A DNA stretch of 64,000 bases from an uncultured Acidobacteriota bacterium (GTDB taxonomy: Bacteria > Acidobacteriota > Thermoanaerobaculia > UBA5066 > DATFVB01): the NCBI GenBank assembly GCA_963813155.1, contig CAWEYG010000002.1, forward strand, positions 768,001-832,000, written 5' to 3'. A program made the position numbers and the translations under genes. Positions 31,326 to 39,666 of the stretch are shown here, piece by piece (positions within the stretch are counted from its first letter, which is position 1; each line of letters begins with the position of its first letter). The notes below the pieces were generated by a model. It worked only from the letters and a program-made list of their open reading frames with translations, was not told the DNA's origin and made no database searches.

Positions 31326-32627
31326 ATGAAGACGCTCGTCATTTCGGCTGCTGTTTTCGCCGTTGCGGTGAACGTTTTCTCGCAGGAAGCGCCGGTTCCG
31401 GAGGAGAACCTTCAGGCGCACTTCCAGGCGACGGTCGTCACGCAGGCGCATCCGTCGTTCGACGCGCCGTACTCGGGGGCAAACAGCCTTCGCCCGGAGC
31501 CCGAGCACGAATCGACGGTGACCTCGACGCTCTTTCTGGGCGCGCGACTGTGGAAGGGCGGGCAGATCTACGTCAATCCGGAGGTCTCCGGCGGAAGCGG
31601 CCTGAGCAAAGGCTTCGGCGTCGCGGGTTTTCCCAACGGCGAAGCCTTCCGCGTCGGGAACCCGGAGCCTCACGTCTATCTCGCGCGGCTTTTTCTCCGG
31701 CAGACGTTCGCGCTCACGGCCGAGACCGAGAAGGTCGAATCCGATCAGAACCAGCTCGCGGGGAATCGGCCGACTCGACGCATCGTCGTCACCGCGGGAC
31801 GCTTCGGCCTTTCGGATTTCTTCGACGACAACGCGTACGGACACGACCCGCGAACGGGGTTCATGAACTGGGCGGACTGGACGCAGGGCGCCTGGGACTA
31901 TCCGGCCGACACGCGCGGGTACACGTGGGGCGCCGTCGTCGAATACGCCTCTCCGGAGTGGTCCGTTCGCGCCGCCGCCGCCATGGAGCCGAAGGAAGCG
32001 AATCAGCTCGAGATGGATCACGACGTTCGACGGGCTCACGGTCTGGCCCTCGAGGGACAACGCCGTTACCGTCTGCTTCCGGAACCGGGAACCTTTCGGC
32101 TTCTGCTCTTCTCGAACCGCGCGCGAATGGGAAACTACCTCGAGGCGCTGCGCGAAGCGGCCCCGCCCGACGTCACGGCGACGCGGCGCCCCGGCCGCTC
32201 CAAGTGGGGCCTCGGAGCGAACGTCGAACAGCCGCTCACGAAATCCTCCGGGGTCTTCGCTCGCCTCAGCTGGAACGACGGGAAGAACGAGTCGTGGGCC
32301 TATGCCGAGATCGACCGCTCCGCTTGCGCGGGGTTCGTCGACCGGCCGGGCTGGTGGAATCGCGAGCGGGACGAGCTCGGAGTCGCGTTGATCGCAAACG
32401 GGCTTTCGGGGCCGCACCGGGAATACTTCGCCGCCGGCGGGTACGGGTTCATGCTCGGCGACGGGCGCCTGCGCTACGGTCCGGAACAGATCGCCGAGGC
32501 TTACGCAAAGGTGGTGTTCGGGAACCTCTCCGGAACGCTCGACTATCAGTTCATCCGCAACCCCGCATACAACCGCGATCGCGGCCCGGTTCACGTCTTC
32601 GGCGCCCGGCTCCACGTGGAGCTGTAG
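31326..32627 (+). CDS. OprB-family (carbohydrate/MnoP-like) porin
   Basis: Signal peptide; FDDNAYGHDPRTGFMNW, WDYPADTRGYT, NPAYNRDRGPV. Confidence 0.85.
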   Translation: MKTLVISAAVFAVAVNVFSQEAPVPEENLQAHFQATVVTQAHPSFDAPYSGANSLRPEPEHESTVTSTLFLGARLWKGGQIYVNPEVSGGSGLSKGFGVAGFPNGEAFRVGNPEPHVYLARLFLRQTFALTAETEKVESDQNQLAGNRPTRRIVVTAGRFGLSDFFDDNAYGHDPRTGFMNWADWTQGAWDYPADTRGYTWGAVVEYASPEWSVRAAAAMEPKEANQLEMDHDVRRAHGLALEGQRRYRLLPEPGTFRLLLFSNRARMGNYLEALREAAPPDVTATRRPGRSKWGLGANVEQPLTKSSGVFARLSWNDGKNESWAYAEIDRSACAGFVDRPGWWNRERDELGVALIANGLSGPHREYFAAGGYGFMLGDGRLRYGPEQIAEAYAKVVFGNLSGTLDYQFIRNPAYNRDRGPVHVFGARLHVEL

Positions 32628-32649
32628 CTTTGTCGTAAGCTACGCCGCG

Positions 32650-33477
32650 ATGCAGCTCTGGCAGGCGATCCTACTCGGCGTGGTCCAGGGCCTGACCGAG
32701 TTCGTCCCCGTGTCGTCCACGGCGCACCTGTTCCTCGTCCAGAAATGGCTCGGCCTCGGCAACGAGTCGGCGAACCTCACCTTCGACATCGTGCTCCACC
32801 TCGGCACGGCGCTCGCGCTGATCGCGGTCTACGCTCGCGAGCTGTACGGCATGCTCCAGGAATCCTTCCGCTGGGCGGCGCGCAAACCCGCCCGCGACCC
32901 GGAGGACCGGGCCTTGATCGTTCCGCTCATTCTCGGGACGATTCCCGGTGTTCTCGCGGGTCTCTTTCTTCTCAAGCGGTTCGAGGCGCATCGCACGCTC
33001 GCGATCATCGGCCTGTCGATGCTCACCGCGTGCGCCTTTTTCTTTCTTTCCGAGTGGGCCGGCGACCGGCGCCAGGCGAAGGAAGGGGAACGCGAAACGG
33101 TGACCGCCGGCGACTCGCTCTGGATCGGGCTCGCGCAGGGAGCCGCGGGGCTGCTGGCGGGGTTCTCCCGCTCCGGGCTCACAATCGCGACCGGCCGGCT
33201 CCGGGGGCTCTCCCGGGAGCGGTCCGCCCGCTTTTCGTTTCTCCTCGCCCTGCCGATCATCCTCGGAGCGGGCGCCAAGACGATTCTGGACCTCCATCGC
33301 CATCCGGAGCCGCGCCTGCCGATCGGCCTGCTCGCCGCGGGTTTTCTTTCCGCCGCGGTCGTCGGATTTCTGTCCGTTCGCTTTCTCCTGGGTTTCCTGA
33401 AGACGCACAGCCTGCGGCCGTTCGGCGTCTACCTCGGGCTGCTCGGCGCCGCCCTTCTCGCGTTGGCGATCTTCTGA
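32650..33477 (+). CDS. uppP: Undecaprenyl-diphosphatase BacA
   Basis: QGLTEFVPVSSTAHL, GFSRSGLTI, ARFSFLL. Confidence 0.93.
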   Translation: MQLWQAILLGVVQGLTEFVPVSSTAHLFLVQKWLGLGNESANLTFDIVLHLGTALALIAVYARELYGMLQESFRWAARKPARDPEDRALIVPLILGTIPGVLAGLFLLKRFEAHRTLAIIGLSMLTACAFFFLSEWAGDRRQAKEGERETVTAGDSLWIGLAQGAAGLLAGFSRSGLTIATGRLRGLSRERSARFSFLLALPIILGAGAKTILDLHRHPEPRLPIGLLAAGFLSAAVVGFLSVRFLLGFLKTHSLRPFGVYLGLLGAALLALAIF

Positions 33478-33480
33478 CGT

Positions 33481-34189
33481 CTATCGGGAGGGAGGCTCGA
33501 CGAGTCGGACGAGCCTCCGTCGTGAAGCGATAGCCGACCCAGGGCTCGGTGATCAGATGCCTCGGCCGATTCGGATCGGACTCGATCTTGCGACGGAGGT
33601 TTCCGACCTGGACGCGCACCGTGTCGTTCGTGACGCCGGCGCCTCCCCCCCACACGGCCGCGATCAGCTGCGAGTGCGTCCAGACATGGCCCGGCTTCGA
33701 AAGAAACGTCTTCAGCAGGTCGAACTCGATCGGAGTCAGATGGACTTCCTCCCCCCGCCGGCGGATCGTTCGGGTCTCCAGATCGACGTCGAGCTCGCCG
33801 ATCTTCCTCTTTCCGGCCGGGAGCTCCGCCGCGCCGCGGCGCAGGAGCGCGCGGACCCGGGCCAGCAGTTCCGAAACGCCGAACGGCTTGACGACGTAGT
33901 CGTCGGCACCCGCGTCGAGCAACCGCACCTTTTCCCGTTCCTCGCTCTTGACCGTCAGCACGAGCACCGGCGTGCCCGACCCGGCGCGCAGCTGGCGGAC
34001 GAATTCCAGGCCGTCCATTTCCGGCATCGCGTAATCGGTGATCACGAGGTCGAAACGGTTCCCGCCGAGGGCCGCGAGTCCCTCGCGTCCGCCGGCCGCC
34101 GTCTCGACCTCGTGAAGATCGCGCCGCAGAGCGTCGGAAACGACGTGCCGGAGATTCTCGTCGTCGTCGACGACGAGAATCCGGCTCAT
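33481..34189 (-). CDS. kdpE: KdpE-like OmpR response regulator (3' end uncertain)
   Basis: ILVVDDD, LDAGADDYVVKPF, HLTPIEFDLL, LRRKIESDPNRPRHLITEPWVGYRF. In-frame stop only at 33257; a probable indel gives a stop near 33481. Confidence 0.88.
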
Positions 34190-35628
34190 TCCGCCCCCAC
34201 GGGCAGCCGGATCTGGAAGCGCGTTCCTCCCCGTTCGGGGCTCGAGAGCGCAAGGCTTCCGCCGTTCAGCTCCACGAGATTGCGCGCGATATAGAGCCCC
34301 AGTCCGGTTCCCGGGGTGCCTTCGGACCCGGGAAGCCTCACGAATTTCGAAAACGCGCGGTCGAGGTCCGGCGGAGAGATCCCGGGGCCTTCGTCGTCGA
34401 CGGACAGCACGGCCTCGCCGTCGTGCTCGGAGCCGGTCAGGCGAATTCCCGTACCCGCGGGCGAGTAGCGGGCCGCGTTTTCCAGCCCGAGGCCGAGCGC
34501 CTCGGTGATCTGCGCCGGATCGACCCGCACGCGGCAGCGCGGGGCCGCGATGTCGACGTACAGACTGTGCCCCGCGAGCGTTTCGCCGAATCGCGCGACG
34601 GCGGCCTCCGCGATTTCTTCCACGGAGACCGACTCCCGATTCGGCGCCATCGAGCCGGATTCCAGCCGGACGACCGCGATCAGGTCGTCGACGAGGCGGG
34701 ACAACCGCTCCAGGCTCTCCCGGGCAAGCTCCGCCTTCCGGTTGGATCCGACCTCCGTGATCCAGTTCTCCACCGAGCCCAGAGCCGCGGCGAGCGGCGT
34801 CTTGATGTCGTGCGCGAGCGTCGCGAGGAGCGTCGATTTCATCTCGTCGCGGGCCCGAGTTCCCTCCGCCTCCCGCGCGAGCTTGAGGAACCTCTCCCGC
34901 TCGAGGGCGAGGCCCAGCAGCGTCGCGCAGATTTCCGCCATCCGTTCGCTTCTCGCGGCGCCGAGCGCGACGAGAACCCCCACGCGATGGACGCCGATCG
35001 AGACGGGAAGGTACAGGTCGGTCCCGACCTCGGGCGCGGGAAAGGACGCCGAGTTGCCCTGGCGGAACGCGAGGTCCGCCAGCTCGTGCCTCACTTCCTC
35101 GTTTCCGGTTCGGGCGCCGATCGACAGTTGCGCCCTCTCGTCTCCCAGCAGCACGGTCACCTGGCGGCATTCGAGGGCCCGCCGCAGCCTCTCCGCGACG
35201 GTCCCCAGCAGCGATTCGCGGTTCGTGTCCGCCAGGAACGCCTGCGAGAGATCGGTCACGGCGGCGAGCTCCCGCCGTTCCGTTTCGACCTGGCGCAGGC
35301 GGAGCCTGGCGAGCGCGGAAAGGCGCCCGATGACGAGCGCCGCCGTGAGGAACACGACGAGCGCGACGACGTTGCGCGAGTCCTGGATCGTGAGCGTGTA
35401 CAGAGGCGGAAGGAAGAAGAAGTTGAACGCGAGCGTCGCGAGAACCGCCGCCAGCACGCCGGGGCCGCTCTCCCAGAGCGACGCGACGAAGAAGACGACG
35501 ACCAGGAGCAGCAGGGCCTGGGCCGCGTCCGTCAAGCCGGGGATGAGCTTCAGGAGCAAGACGGCGAGCGCGACGAGGACGACCGCTGCCGCGAACCCGA
35601 TCGAGCGCTGCCGGCGAGCCCTGGTCAC
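34186..35628 (-). CDS. KdpD C-terminal half: DUF4118 TM + GAF + histidine kinase
   Basis: AFNFFFLPPLYTLTI (DUF4118), HDIKTPL, ENAARYS, DEGPG, GTGLGL. Confidence 0.9.
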   Translation of the reverse strand: MTRARRQRSIGFAAAVVLVALAVLLLKLIPGLTDAAQALLLLVVVFFVASLWESGPGVLAAVLATLAFNFFFLPPLYTLTIQDSRNVVALVVFLTAALVIGRLSALARLRLRQVETERRELAAVTDLSQAFLADTNRESLLGTVAERLRRALECRQVTVLLGDERAQLSIGARTGNEEVRHELADLAFRQGNSASFPAPEVGTDLYLPVSIGVHRVGVLVALGAARSERMAEICATLLGLALERERFLKLAREAEGTRARDEMKSTLLATLAHDIKTPLAAALGSVENWITEVGSNRKAELARESLERLSRLVDDLIAVVRLESGSMAPNRESVSVEEIAEAAVARFGETLAGHSLYVDIAAPRCRVRVDPAQITEALGLGLENAARYSPAGTGIRLTGSEHDGEAVLSVDDEGPGISPPDLDRAFSKFVRLPGSEGTPGTGLGLYIARNLVELNGGSLALSSPERGGTRFQIRLPVGAE

Positions 35629-35665
35629 GGGGAAAAGTCTACCCTTGTTCGGCTTCGTACGACGG

Positions 35666-36961
35666 CTACGGGTCCGCCGTCTCCGGAAGGGCCCGTTCGA
35701 GGTCGTAATTCCGCACGACCGGCGCAAGCGCCGCGACGACCCCCACCACGAGAAGCGTCACGACTCCGCCTCCGACGATCGACAACATGGCTCCGAACGC
35801 CGTCGGCCGAAAGAGCGAGGCGACAAAGCCGGCTTCCATCTCGCCCAGCTGCGGGCCGCCCATGAAAAAAATCATGTTGACCGACGTCATTCGTCCGCGC
35901 AGCTCGTCCGGAGTCATGACCTGCCGGAGCGTCTGGCGGATCACCGTCGAAACGAGATCGGCGAGACCGGTCGCGGCGAGGGCGACAAACGTGAGCACGA
36001 TGTCGTGCGAGAGGCCGTAGACGATCGTCGCGGCCGCGTACGCCGCGATCGACCAGAGGAGCAGCGGCCCCTGCTTCCGCGGAAGCGGGCGAATCGCGGC
36101 GAAAAGCGAACCGGCGAGCGCTCCGATCGCGGGAGCGGAGCGCAGCCAGCCGTAGCCGGCCGGCCCGACGTGGAGGACCTGGTCCGCGAGGATCGGCAGG
36201 AGCGACATCGCCCCCGAAAAGAACGTCGCGAAAAAGTCGAGCGCCATCGTCGACACCATGATCGGAGTTCGAAAGACGAAGCGCAGCCCGGATCGCAGGT
36301 CCTCGAGAACGCGCTCGCGCTTCCGGGATGTCGAAACCGGCTTTCCCGACGTTTTCATCAGAACGATCGCCGCCAGCACGGCGACGAAAGAAACCGCGTT
36401 CGCGAGATAGATCACGGAAAGGCCCTTCGTCGAGCTGCCGAACGAACGGCCCATCATGGCGATCGAGAGTCCGGAGGCCGCCGGGCCGACGATCATCGCG
36501 ACGTGGAAGAACGTGAGATTGAGGGAGAGCGCCCCCTGAAGGTCCCGGGACGGCACGAGGCGGGGAACGAGCGCCTGGCGCGCGGGGTTGTCGAACGCCA
36601 GCGCGGCCGAAGTGACGGCGGTCAGCGCGTAGATCGCCCACAGGGTCTCGCGCCCGAAGAACGTGAGCGCGGCCAGGGCGAGCGCGGCGGCGAGCATCAC
36701 CGACTGCGCCAGGAACATCACTTTCCGGCGGTCGTGGCGATCCGCCACGACGCCGCCGAGGAGAGAAAACGCGATGATCGGGATCACCCGCACGAGCCCC
36801 ACGATCCCGAGCGCGAGGGGCGATTTCGTCAGAACGTAGATGTGCCAGTCGATTCCGACGGTCTGCATCTGCGTGCCGACGATCGAGACGAGCGTCGCCC
36901 CCGAGAGGAGACGGAAGTCGCGGTGGCGCAGGGCGTGGTACGGGCGGGGGGAATCGGCCAT
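35666..36961 (-). CDS. MFS transporter (EntS/H+ antiporter-like)
   Basis: ALRHRDFR, GGVVADRHDRRK, FDNPARQAL, TPDELRGR; about 12 TM. Confidence 0.92.
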   Translation of the reverse strand: MADSPRPYHALRHRDFRLLSGATLVSIVGTQMQTVGIDWHIYVLTKSPLALGIVGLVRVIPIIAFSLLGGVVADRHDRRKVMFLAQSVMLAAALALAALTFFGRETLWAIYALTAVTSAALAFDNPARQALVPRLVPSRDLQGALSLNLTFFHVAMIVGPAASGLSIAMMGRSFGSSTKGLSVIYLANAVSFVAVLAAIVLMKTSGKPVSTSRKRERVLEDLRSGLRFVFRTPIMVSTMALDFFATFFSGAMSLLPILADQVLHVGPAGYGWLRSAPAIGALAGSLFAAIRPLPRKQGPLLLWSIAAYAAATIVYGLSHDIVLTFVALAATGLADLVSTVIRQTLRQVMTPDELRGRMTSVNMIFFMGGPQLGEMEAGFVASLFRPTAFGAMLSIVGGGVVTLLVVGVVAALAPVVRNYDLERALPETADP

Positions 36962-36976
36962 CGGTTCGCGCGGCCC

Positions 36977-38119
36977 TTACGGGCGGGGCAGAGCCTCGCG
37001 CAGGCCGCGGATTTCCTCGCGGGTCGCCCGGCGCCATCGCTCGCGCTGGAGACGGCGGTCGAGCGATTCGCGGTCGAGCGTGAGGCTCGTGACGAGGCGT
37101 CCCTGGGGCGTGAAGGCGTGGGCCCGGCCGTTGGGGCCGAGGACGATCAGCGTTCCGCGCGACTCGTCGGCGAGGAGCGCGGCGTCGGACGCGTCCCACG
37201 CGTCCCGAAGGGCGGCGTGCGTCGGCCGGTTGTCCCGCCGGCGGTCCGCGGCATGCCGGGTGCGGCGCTCGCCCTGCCGTCCGGCCCGCTCGGTCGCCCG
37301 GCGAAGGTCGTGGAGGATCCCCGGAATCTCGCGCATCCGCTCCGAGCGCAGCTCGCGCCGGGACGGGGGCGCCAGGTCCTGTTCGATTCGCGCGAGCCTC
37401 GCGCGCGCGCCGGAAAACGCGGCCGGGAACCAGTGATCGGGCCGCTGCTCGAAATACAGCGCGGCCGCCGGGCCAATGCGGTTCAAATGCAGCCGGGTGG
37501 ACCCGTCGGGGTCCCGCGTCTCGACCGCCTGGACCGTGAGGGCGCACAGCGGGGCGTCTCCTCCGCCGAAATATCCGACGACGAGCTGCGCGAGCAGGTC
37601 GCAGCGTTTGGACGCCTTGCCGAAGGGCCGCAGGAGCCGGTGCTTCAGGTCCCGGCCGGTCTGCACGAGCGCGAGCGGCGGCGAGGCCGGCCCGAAGAGC
37701 TCCTCGACGCGCTCGTGCCGCGCCTCGAGCAGCACCTGGGAGAGATCGTCCCATTGCGGCTGGCCCGTCGGCCCGTATCCCACGAACACGGATTGCGGCC
37801 GGGGTGGAAGCGAGTGCTCGCAGTCGAAGCTCTCGCACCGGTGGCAATAGGCGTGGCCGGAACGGAAGGGATCCGAGAGCGAGCCCGCCTCGCGGACGTC
37901 GCGCGACAACTGATCCGCGAGCGAACCGCTCTTCTGTTCCGCGAGCGAACCGCTCTTCGCCTCGCCGCCGGCCGGCAGGGAGAGCTCGAGCCGAATCGGA
38001 ATCCTCCCGGGAACCTCGCGGCCGGCGCCGAACAGTTCCTCGTGGATGCGCCGCGCCAGTTCGGCCAGATCGGATTCGATCCGGCGAGCGAGCTCCGCGA
38101 TCGACGTGCGGCCGTTCAC
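36977..38119 (-). CDS. Hypothetical protein with CxxC-x4-C-x-H Zn motif
   Basis: YCHRCESFDCEH; 380 aa; co-oriented with the MFS gene. Confidence 0.7.
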   Translation of the reverse strand: MNGRTSIAELARRIESDLAELARRIHEELFGAGREVPGRIPIRLELSLPAGGEAKSGSLAEQKSGSLADQLSRDVREAGSLSDPFRSGHAYCHRCESFDCEHSLPPRPQSVFVGYGPTGQPQWDDLSQVLLEARHERVEELFGPASPPLALVQTGRDLKHRLLRPFGKASKRCDLLAQLVVGYFGGGDAPLCALTVQAVETRDPDGSTRLHLNRIGPAAALYFEQRPDHWFPAAFSGARARLARIEQDLAPPSRRELRSERMREIPGILHDLRRATERAGRQGERRTRHAADRRRDNRPTHAALRDAWDASDAALLADESRGTLIVLGPNGRAHAFTPQGRLVTSLTLDRESLDRRLQRERWRRATREEIRGLREALPRP

Positions 38120-38160
38120 GAAGTCATTCTAATTCCCCCGGCAGAGTTAAGATGCCCGGC

Positions 38161-39357
38161 ATGCGATTCTCGAAAGCCTTCGGTATTTCCGGCGGGCTTC
38201 TCCTCGCGGCGGCCGCGAACGCCTCGGACCGGCCGCTGCGGAGCGTCGGCGGCGCTCTCGCTGCCGGCGCGCCGCGGCCGTCCGGCCTGGTTTTCGTCGT
38301 CGGCGGCGACAACCGTCCGACCGGCAAGGGCGCTCCGCTTCCGCGCATCACGCGGACCCTGTTCGAGGAAGTCCGGCTGATCCGGCCCGATTTCGTCCTC
38401 TGGACCGGCGATACCGTCTACGGCTACGGCGACACTCCGGCCGAGCTGGAAAAGGAATACAGCGCCTTCGAGGCGCTCGCCGGAAGGGCGGGGGTGCCGG
38501 TCTTCAACACGCCGGGAAATCACGAGATTCATCGGACCGACGATTCGCTCTGCTCTTCGCCGCCGGGAGATCCGGCTCCCGGCTCGCCCGACTCGGAAGC
38601 CCGATTCGTCCGGCGCTTCGGGAACCTCTACGGGTCGTTCGACGCCGGCGGGGCGCATTTCATTTCGCTCGACACGAACGCGTATTGTCACGAAGACTCG
38701 ATCGAAGGGCCCCAGCTCGAATGGCTGCAGCGCGACCTGGAGGATCACAAGGACGCGTCGGCGATCTTCGTTTTCTCCCACACCGAGTTCTTCTCCTCGC
38801 CACAAATCGACCCGGGCGCCGTGAAGAATCACGAAGCCCTCCGCAACCGCGACGAGCTGCACGCTCTGTTCCGGAAATACCCGGTGAAGGCCGTCTTCTC
38901 GGGCCACGAGCACCTCTACTGGCACGAGGCGCACGACGGAATCGACTATTTCGTGGCGGGAGGCGGAGGAGCGCCCCTGTACGCCTCCCCGGACCGGGGC
39001 GGCTTCGGGCATTACATCGTCGTCGCCCTCTCGAGCTCGGGCGTGCGCTACGACGTCGTCGAGCCGGGGCGCCTGTTCGTGGAGAACGCAGGCCCCGCGC
39101 GAAACGGAAAGCGAATCTGGGTCGTCAACTCCAACGACGCGGACATCCCCCTGCGCGGAGTCTCGGTCGACCTTCCCGCCCTCGGGCCGTGCCGCGGAGT
39201 CCGGGCCGAGTCCGAGCTGAAACGCCGGGACGGCACGCCCGTTCCGGTCCCGATCTCCCTCCTCGCGTGCTCGAGCTCGCGGGGGCGCCTGCACGTCGCG
39301 CTCGAGCTGACTTCGCCGCGTGGCACTTCGGTTCCGATCGTCGTCCGCGGAAAGTGA
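38161..39357 (+). CDS. Secreted calcineurin-like metallophosphoesterase
   Basis: GDNR, TGD, PGNHE, FSH and SGHEH motifs; signal peptide. Confidence 0.88.
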   Translation: MRFSKAFGISGGLLLAAAANASDRPLRSVGGALAAGAPRPSGLVFVVGGDNRPTGKGAPLPRITRTLFEEVRLIRPDFVLWTGDTVYGYGDTPAELEKEYSAFEALAGRAGVPVFNTPGNHEIHRTDDSLCSSPPGDPAPGSPDSEARFVRRFGNLYGSFDAGGAHFISLDTNAYCHEDSIEGPQLEWLQRDLEDHKDASAIFVFSHTEFFSSPQIDPGAVKNHEALRNRDELHALFRKYPVKAVFSGHEHLYWHEAHDGIDYFVAGGGGAPLYASPDRGGFGHYIVVALSSSGVRYDVVEPGRLFVENAGPARNGKRIWVVNSNDADIPLRGVSVDLPALGPCRGVRAESELKRRDGTPVPVPISLLACSSSRGRLHVALELTSPRGTSVPIVVRGK

Positions 39358-39433
39358 CCCCGGCGGCGGACGTCGCCGGAAGGCCACCCGGACTTGCGAA
39401 AACCCTCGTCCGGTGCGACCATAGGGAAAAGAA

Positions 39434-39655
39434 ATGGCCGACGCCGTCGATTACACGTCGCTCGATTTCGGACAAACCGTCGCCGACCGCAGCGGAATCA
39501 TCGCGATCTGTCCCAAGTGCGGACGCAACGGCCTGAAACAGATCCACGGATCGAAGGAATCGGTCCGCTATCTCCACAGCACGTCTCGCCCCTCGAACGA
39601 CAGCGAGGGCACTCTCCAGGCGGATTTCTGCTTCGTGCCCGTCAAGCACGCGTAG
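39434..39655 (+). CDS. Small Zn-ribbon-like protein
   Basis: 73 aa, CPKCG...H...C. Confidence 0.55.
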   Translation: MADAVDYTSLDFGQTVADRSGIIAICPKCGRNGLKQIHGSKESVRYLHSTSRPSNDSEGTLQADFCFVPVKHA

Positions 39656-39666
39656 CCGCGACTCCC

